A DNA stretch of 4,215 nucleotides from a virus (lineage: Duplodnaviria; Heunggongvirae; Uroviricota; Caudoviricetes). The stretch covers positions 1-4,215 of IMG/VR virus record IMGVR_UViG_2526164633_000019; one strand, given 5' to 3'. A model generated the notes under the pieces. It saw only the letters and a program-made list of their open reading frames with translations, was not told the DNA's origin and searched no databases. Below are positions 1-4,215 of this stretch, in pieces. Numbering within the stretch: the first letter of the stretch is position 1; every line of letters starts with the position of its first letter. The position numbers and the translations under genes are program-made.

Positions 1-180
1 ATGCAGCTCGCGCAGAAGGTCGTATAGGTGGGCGTACGACCTAAATACCAAGAAGAAACATGGCAGCAAATGCGGCGATTGCTGGAGAAGGGCATCCCCC
101 GTAAGCAGGTTGCAATCATCTATGATGTGGCTGTTTCCACGCTTTATAAGAAGTTTCCGGCGTCATCCTTTCAATCCTAA
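1..180 (+). pseudogene. Serine DNA invertase (Hin/Gin/Cin/Pin family), 3' end only; 5' part lies outside the window; reading frame disrupted around nt 25-43
   Basis: Frame 1 from nt 28 translates VGVRPKYQEETWQQMRRLLEKGIPRKQVAIIYDVAVSTLYKKFPASSFQS, stop TAA at 178-180. This is the characteristic C-terminal helix-turn-helix DNA-binding domain of Hin-family invertases and, from memory, is closest to e14 Pin. Immediately upstream, the conserved AARAEGRIGGR motif is in frame 3 (nt 3-35, stop TAA 42-44), while frame 1 has TAG at 25-27. Both conserved blocks therefore cannot be read in one frame. Confidence 0.6.
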
Positions 181-197
181 ACCTTGGTTTAAGAGAA
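172..197. other. Crossover site 1 for the invertase (gix/hix/cix-like 26-bp site: 12-bp half-site, 2-bp core, 12-bp half-site), at the invertase-proximal border of the invertible segment
   Basis: CAATCCTAAACC-TT-GGTTTAAGAGAA has the ACC-NN-GGT dyad that defines Hin-family sites. It matches the reverse complement of site 2 at 17 of 26 positions. It overlaps the last three codons and stop of the invertase. Confidence 0.65.
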
Positions 198-1751
198 CTC
201 GGTACCAGCGGTGAAAAGATCCCCCTGTTGAGCACGGCTAACACATGGAGTTCACGCCAGACTTTTAACGGCGGGATCACCGGGGCGCTGACAGGGAACG
301 CCGACACCGCGACGAAATTAAAAACAGCCATAAACATTAATGGCGTCAGATTCGATGGTTCTACGAACATTTCGATACCAACAATTACGTCTAGAGGACG
401 CGTTACTGCGCTTACCGGTACAACGCAAGGTGCTGCTACTGGATTGCAGATGTATGAGGCATACAACAATGGTTATCCGACGACTTACGGGAATGTACTT
501 CACCTGAAGGGAGCTGCATCCACTGGTGAAGGCGAGTTGCTCATTGGCTGGAGTGGCACAAATGGCGCTCATGCACCAGCTTTCATTCGATCCAAAAGAG
601 ATAGCACTGCTGCGGCATGGTCCGAATGGGCACAGATCTATACGTCAAAAGATTCCGTTCCCGGCGTTAATACCAAAGGGAATCAGGACACCTCTGGTAA
701 TGCGGCTACAGCGACCAAATTGCAGACGGCGTGTACTATCAACGGTGTCTCGTTTGACGGTTCTAAAAATATTGAGCTAACGGCGGCAGATTTAAATCTT
801 GAGCAAACTGTAGAATTAGCCGCAGGAGCATTACAGAAAAACCAGAACGGCGCAGATATTCCGGGAAAAGATACCTTCACCAAAAATATTGGTGCCTGCC
901 GCGCATATAGCGCATGGCTGAATATTGGTGGCGATAGTCAGGTCTGGACAACCGCGCAATTTATTTCGTGGCTGGAGAGTCAGGGAGCATTTAACCATCC
1001 TTACTGGATGTGCAAAGGCTCATGGGCTTATGCAAATAATAAGGTCATTACAGATACAGGTTGCGGAAATATTTGTCTTGCAGGTGCTGTGGTGGAAGTT
1101 ATTGGCACTCGCGGCGCAATGACCATACGCGTTACTACGCCGAGCATGTCCAGCGGTGGCGGAATTACTAACGCTCAATTCACTTATATTAATCATGGTG
1201 ATGCTTATGCTCCTGGCTGGCGAAGAGACTACAACACGAAAAACCAGCAGCCTGCATTTGCTTTAGGGCAAACAGGAAGCAGGGTTGCAAATGATAAAGC
1301 TGTTGGCTGGAACTGGAATAGCGGCGTTTATGATGCAGATATCAGTGGCGCATCGACATTAATCCTCCACTTCAATATGAATGCGGGGAGTTGCCCTGCT
1401 GTACAGTTCCGCGTGAATTATAAGAACGGCGGTATCTTTTATCGTTCAGCGCGTGATGGTTATGGCTTTGAAGCTGACTGGTCAGAGTTTTACACCACAA
1501 CCCGCAAACCCTCTGCGGGGGATGTTGGTGCATATACGCAGGCAGAATGTAACTCAAGGTTTATTACAGGTATTCGCCTGGGCGGTCTGTCATCTGTTCA
1601 GACATGGAATGGTCCCGGCTGGTCTGACAGGTCAGGTTATGTCGTTACAGGTTCAGTTAACGGAAACCGTGATGAATTAATTGATACAACTCAGGCAAGG
1701 CCAATTCAGTATTGCATTAATGGGACGTGGTATAACGCGGGGAGTATTTAA
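186..1751 (+). CDS. Silent (off-orientation) alternative side-tail-fibre C-terminal receptor-binding cassette (Sv'-like); no start codon of its own, would be fused to the constant N-terminal fibre region after inversion
   Basis: The open frame runs continuously from site 1 to TAA at 1749-1751. The ORF-track start at 228 is a TTG with no Shine-Dalgarno sequence. The frame through site 1 encodes ILNLGLRE, parallel to VIEYLGLQE encoded through site 2 in the expressed fibre. It contains two copies of a tail-fibre repeat motif (GNAxTATKLxTAxxINGVxFDGSxNI) and ends with RPIQYCINGTWYN, like the expressed fibre. Confidence 0.8.
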   Translation, partial: GLRELGTSGEKIPLLSTANTWSSRQTFNGGITGALTGNADTATKLKTAININGVRFDGSTNISIPTITSRGRVTALTGTTQGAATGLQMYEAYNNGYPTTYGNVLHLKGAASTGEGELLIGWSGTNGAHAPAFIRSKRDSTAAAWSEWAQIYTSKDSVPGVNTKGNQDTSGNAATATKLQTACTINGVSFDGSKNIELTAADLNLEQTVELAAGALQKNQNGADIPGKDTFTKNIGACRAYSAWLNIGGDSQVWTTAQFISWLESQGAFNHPYWMCKGSWAYANNKVITDTGCGNICLAGAVVEVIGTRGAMTIRVTTPSMSSGGGITNAQFTYINHGDAYAPGWRRDYNTKNQQPAFALGQTGSRVANDKAVGWNWNSGVYDADISGASTLILHFNMNAGSCPAVQFRVNYKNGGIFYRSARDGYGFEADWSEFYTTTRKPSAGDVGAYTQAECNSRFITGIRLGGLSSVQTWNGPGWSDRSGYVVTGSVNGNRDELIDTTQARPIQYCINGTWYNAGSI

Positions 1752-1753
1752 CG

Positions 1754-2287
1754 ATGATGCACTTAAAAAACATTACTGCTGGCAACCCTAAAACAAAAGA
1801 GCAATACCAGCTAACGAAACAATTTAACATCAAATGGCTTTATACAGAGGATGGGAAAAACTGGTATGAGGAACAAAAGAACTTTCAGCCTGATACGTTG
1901 AAAATGGTCTATGACCACAACGACGTTATTATTTGTATTGAAAAGGATGTTTCAGCAATTAATCCAGAAGGCGCAAGCGTCGTTGAGGTTCCTGATATTA
2001 CAGCAAATCGCCGGGCTGATATTTCGGGTAAATGGATGTTCAAAGATGGCGTAGTGATAAAGCGAACTTATACCGAGGAGGAACAAAGGCAGCAGGCAGA
2101 GAATGAAAAACAAAGCCTGTTGCAACTTGTCAGGGATAAAACCCAGCTATGGGACTCACAGCTACGGCTGGGCATCATTTCCGACGAGAATAAACAAAAA
2201 TTAACTGAGTGGATGCTCTATGCGCAGAAAGTCGAATCTACAGACACCTCCAGCCTGCCAGTAACATTTCCCGAACAACCTGAATGA
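1754..2287 (+). CDS. tfa: Tail fibre assembly protein (Tfa/U'-like chaperone) paired with the silent fibre cassette
   Basis: 177-aa ORF starting ATGATG at 1754, 2 nt after the stf' stop, with GGGGAG Shine-Dalgarno 9 nt upstream. Its N-terminal two-thirds is highly similar to the convergent ORF 2846-2316 (shared [18 protein letters not shown] and [15 protein letters not shown] blocks); its C-terminal third is divergent. Position directly after a fibre variable region is typical of tfa. Confidence 0.85.
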   Translation: MMHLKNITAGNPKTKEQYQLTKQFNIKWLYTEDGKNWYEEQKNFQPDTLKMVYDHNDVIICIEKDVSAINPEGASVVEVPDITANRRADISGKWMFKDGVVIKRTYTEEEQRQQAENEKQSLLQLVRDKTQLWDSQLRLGIISDENKQKLTEWMLYAQKVESTDTSSLPVTFPEQPE

Positions 2288-2290
2288 GAC

Positions 2291-2320
2291 AAGGCCCGAT
2301 AGCGGGCCTTAATTTTTATT
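2291..2320. terminator. Intrinsic terminator hairpin between the two convergent tfa genes (strong for + strand, weaker for - strand)
   Basis: Perfect 8-bp stem AAGGCCCG (2291-2298) / CGGGCCTT (2303-2310) with 4-nt loop ATAG, followed on the + strand by AATTTTTATT. It lies 3 nt after the tfa' stop. The T-rich tail overlaps the stop codon of the minus-strand tfa. Confidence 0.6.
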
Positions 2321-2846
2321 CAGGCTTTTGTGGCCATTCAGGATTTGCCGTATCCACACGGCTGACCAGAACACTGTAGCGTTCCCATGCTTCCAGTCGT
2401 GTGCGTTCCTCGTCTGTTGCCATATTCAGCCTGACAGCGCGTTCCAGCGGCTGGATGACTGATTCAGCTTCGGAAAGCAATGCGGCCTTTTGTGATTCGG
2501 CCTGTTGTTGCTGTTCGTCTGCCGTATAAATCCGTTTAACTACAGCTCCATCCTTAAACATCCACTTTCCTGAATCATCAGCGCGGCGGTTGGCTGTAAT
2601 ATCAGGAACCTCAACGACGCTAAAACCTTCAGGGTTAAGCGTGGAGGCATCTTTAGTGATGGCGACAATAATATTATTTGCATCGTAAACAATCTTTATT
2701 GTGTCTGGCTGAAAGTTTTTCACTTCCTCATACCAGTTTTTATCGTCTTCGGACCATAACCAGATAACATCAAAATTCTTTGTTAGCTGATATTGTTCTT
2801 TCGTTTTAGGATTTCCAGACTTAATATTTTTTAAATGCTGCATCAT
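2316..2846 (-). CDS. tfa: Tail fibre assembly protein (Tfa/U-like chaperone) paired with the currently expressed fibre
   Basis: 176-aa ORF. Its ATGATG start directly abuts the TAA stop of the upstream fibre gene (translational-coupling arrangement). It is paralogous to ORF 1754-2287 over the N-terminal ~115 aa and divergent at the C-terminus. Confidence 0.85.
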   Translation of the reverse strand: MMQHLKNIKSGNPKTKEQYQLTKNFDVIWLWSEDDKNWYEEVKNFQPDTIKIVYDANNIIVAITKDASTLNPEGFSVVEVPDITANRRADDSGKWMFKDGAVVKRIYTADEQQQQAESQKAALLSEAESVIQPLERAVRLNMATDEERTRLEAWERYSVLVSRVDTANPEWPQKPE

Positions 2847-4215
2847 TTACACCTGTGCGACGTTATACCATGTGCCATTGATGTATTTTTGTATTGGCCT
2901 GAAGATGGCTTCATCATCGCCATCTACTTCACCAATGATTCTTAATCCGGTAATTGCGTGTCCGGCTTTTTCATAACGACCACCACGCGCCATCAATTGA
3001 ACAACTCGCGTACCCAGGCGAACATCTCTCACATAACGTGAGTCAAAATTACCATAATTGCCGGGAATAACTTGCGCACCGCAAAGCCAGTTGCCATTGT
3101 TGTCCATGTACGCCTGACCATCGGTGCCATTGGCTGTCCTTGAATTATTAATCATGTAAAAACCAAACTGGTAGTTACCAAGTCCACCGACAAAAAATTT
3201 GCGTTCTGCATGGTCTTGTCTTAACAAAGCCTGCGCAGAACTTGTTGATACTGCGTTTCTACCAAAAATGACATTCTGGTTTCGCATATCAATCCATGAG
3301 GTTGAACCACTATTAATAGCAAACCTGTTTGCATACACCCAGGAGTTAGTTGTTATATCTCCTGTAACATCCAGACCATGCCCCATGCTTATCCGACCAG
3401 TTCTAAGGTTAATCGTAAAGGGGCGTAATGGCCCTATATCACCATTTTCTCCCTCATTCTCTCGTGTAGGGATGATATGCAGGCATTCTTCAGAACGGCG
3501 AAAAATGGCACCAAAAGATGAATTAAATATCCTCAGTGCATTGACTGTCGATATTTTTACTTCACTGCTGAAAAGGGCTTTAACAAGAACAGACAAAGCA
3601 TCCCATTTAAGATTCATCAGGTCTTTTGTTGTGGTACTCTGTTTGCTTCTCCATTTGAAATATTCATTGCCGTTGTCGCCTGTTTCAAACCACATGTATG
3701 AATCAGTATCGCTGTCGGCATCATTTTTAAATCCAATCTTTGCCCAGTCAGTATTCCGAATCCAGGCAAGGATTGAGTCGTTTTCAAAAGTAAGCCCACC
3801 GGACAAGGTATCGCCATTCTTTTGCACGGCGTTCCTGGCCCTGTTTACCGTTTCCTGTAAACCGAGGTATTCGATAACAGCGGCAACGGTCGATTTCGCA
3901 AGAATATCCCGCCCGACTTTTGTCAGGGTTGCCAGGCTGGCGACATCATTCCCCGTAAAATACGGAAACTTGTCTGCCGCAGTAGCAAGCCCGGCCAGCG
4001 CCGTCAGGGTGGCATCTTTCGGTTGCTTACCCGCAAGCGCTTTAGTCATGGTGGTCGCAAAATTCGGGTCGTTTCCCAGCGCCGCCGCTAACTCGTTCAA
4101 CGTATTCAGTGCGTCAGGCGACGAGTCTACAAGTGCGGCAATCGCGGCCATCACATAAGCCGTGCTTGCGATCTGAGTATTATTAGTCCCTTTTGGCGCA
4201 GTTGGCGTTGTTGGC
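2847..4215 (-). CDS. stf: Side tail fibre protein in the expressed (on) orientation; 5'-partial, N-terminal constant region continues beyond the window end
   Basis: The minus-strand frame is open from the window edge (…PTTPTAPKGTNNTQIASTAYVMAAIAALVDSSPDALNTLNELAAALGNDPNFATTMTKALAGKQPK…) to TAA at 2849-2847. The N-terminal motif is, from memory, characteristic of lambdoid Stf-type side tail fibres. The ORF-track start at 4154 is an internal GTG, not the true start. The constant/variable junction coincides with site 2. Confidence 0.85.
   Translation of the reverse strand, partial: PTTPTAPKGTNNTQIASTAYVMAAIAALVDSSPDALNTLNELAAALGNDPNFATTMTKALAGKQPKDATLTALAGLATAADKFPYFTGNDVASLATLTKVGRDILAKSTVAAVIEYLGLQETVNRARNAVQKNGDTLSGGLTFENDSILAWIRNTDWAKIGFKNDADSDTDSYMWFETGDNGNEYFKWRSKQSTTTKDLMNLKWDALSVLVKALFSSEVKISTVNALRIFNSSFGAIFRRSEECLHIIPTRENEGENGDIGPLRPFTINLRTGRISMGHGLDVTGDITTNSWVYANRFAINSGSTSWIDMRNQNVIFGRNAVSTSSAQALLRQDHAERKFFVGGLGNYQFGFYMINNSRTANGTDGQAYMDNNGNWLCGAQVIPGNYGNFDSRYVRDVRLGTRVVQLMARGGRYEKAGHAITGLRIIGEVDGDDEAIFRPIQKYINGTWYNVAQV
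3852..3877. other. Crossover site 2 (gix-like), embedded in the tail-fibre coding sequence at the constant/variable junction
   Basis: Plus strand TTCCTGTAAACC-GA-GGTATTCGATAA. By recollection this matches the phage Mu gix site (TTCCTGTAAACCGAGGTTTTGGATAA) at 23 of 26 positions. It is in inverted orientation relative to site 1 and encodes VIEYLGLQE in the fibre frame. Confidence 0.75.

Noticed and set aside
1-27. ATG at nt 1-3 as the start of a gene
   Set aside because: Frame 1 from nt 1 gives only MQLAQKVV followed by TAG. The window simply begins inside the invertase gene, and the homologous frame at this point is frame 3.
228-230. ORF-track start codons at 228 (TTG) and 4154 (GTG)
   Set aside because: Neither is a real initiation site. 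228 has no Shine-Dalgarno sequence and the frame is open upstream through the crossover site. 4154 lies inside an open frame that continues to the window edge with conserved fibre sequence.
116-469. Minus-strand ORF (117 aa) spanning the invertase 3' end, crossover site 1 and the start of the silent cassette
   Set aside because: Antisense to two supported coding frames and crosses the recombination site; no recognisable motif. The same reasoning applies to the other short nested ORFs in the track (318-572, 526-780, 683-883, 925-1122, 1372-1557, 1453-1680, 3617-3817).
3199-4158. Long plus-strand ORF (319 aa) overlapping the tail-fibre gene
   Set aside because: It is entirely antisense to the minus-strand frame, which carries a recognisable conserved tail-fibre N-terminal motif and continues past the window edge. 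Its translation is low-complexity (S/L/R/F-rich) with no recognisable motif and no upstream ribosome-binding site. Likely a frame artefact of the real gene on the opposite strand.
1-4215. Novel defence or other undescribed system (CRISPR array, toxin-antitoxin, retron, diversity-generating retroelement)
   Set aside because: No direct-repeat and spacer periodicity, no reverse-transcriptase-like or nuclease-like ORF, and no template/variable repeat pair. Every ORF of credible size is accounted for by the invertase / fibre / tfa module. The variation mechanism here is site-specific inversion, not mutagenic retrohoming.
1-4215. Additional crossover sites (multi-site shufflon or Min-type system)
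   Set aside because: A scan for the ACC-NN-GGT dyad with flanking A/T-rich half-sites found only the two sites at 172-197 and 3852-3877. Near-misses at about 3167-3182 (ACCAAACTGGT) and about 3793-3806 have the wrong spacing.

Overview
This window is almost entirely a phage-type invertible tail-fibre (host-range) switching module of the Mu G / P1 C / e14 P class; I see no evidence of a novel or undescribed system. Left to right: the 3' end of a serine DNA invertase gene (+ strand, ends at 180); a 26-bp gix/hix-like crossover site (172-197) overlapping the invertase stop; a promoterless, start-less alternative tail-fibre C-terminal cassette (186-1751, +) with its own tail-fibre-assembly gene (1754-2287, +); a hairpin terminator at the convergence point (2291-2320); a second assembly gene (2846-2316, -); and the currently expressed side tail fibre gene (4215-2847, -), whose 5' end runs off the window and whose constant N-terminal region is separated from its variable C-terminal region by the second crossover site (3852-3877). 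Three points deserve a second look: the invertase reading frame is disrupted near nt 25-43; the two crossover sites differ in their central dinucleotide (TT vs TC), which should impair inversion; and the invertase is oriented so that it reads into the silent cassette. All protein-family assignments are from recalled motifs, not database searches.
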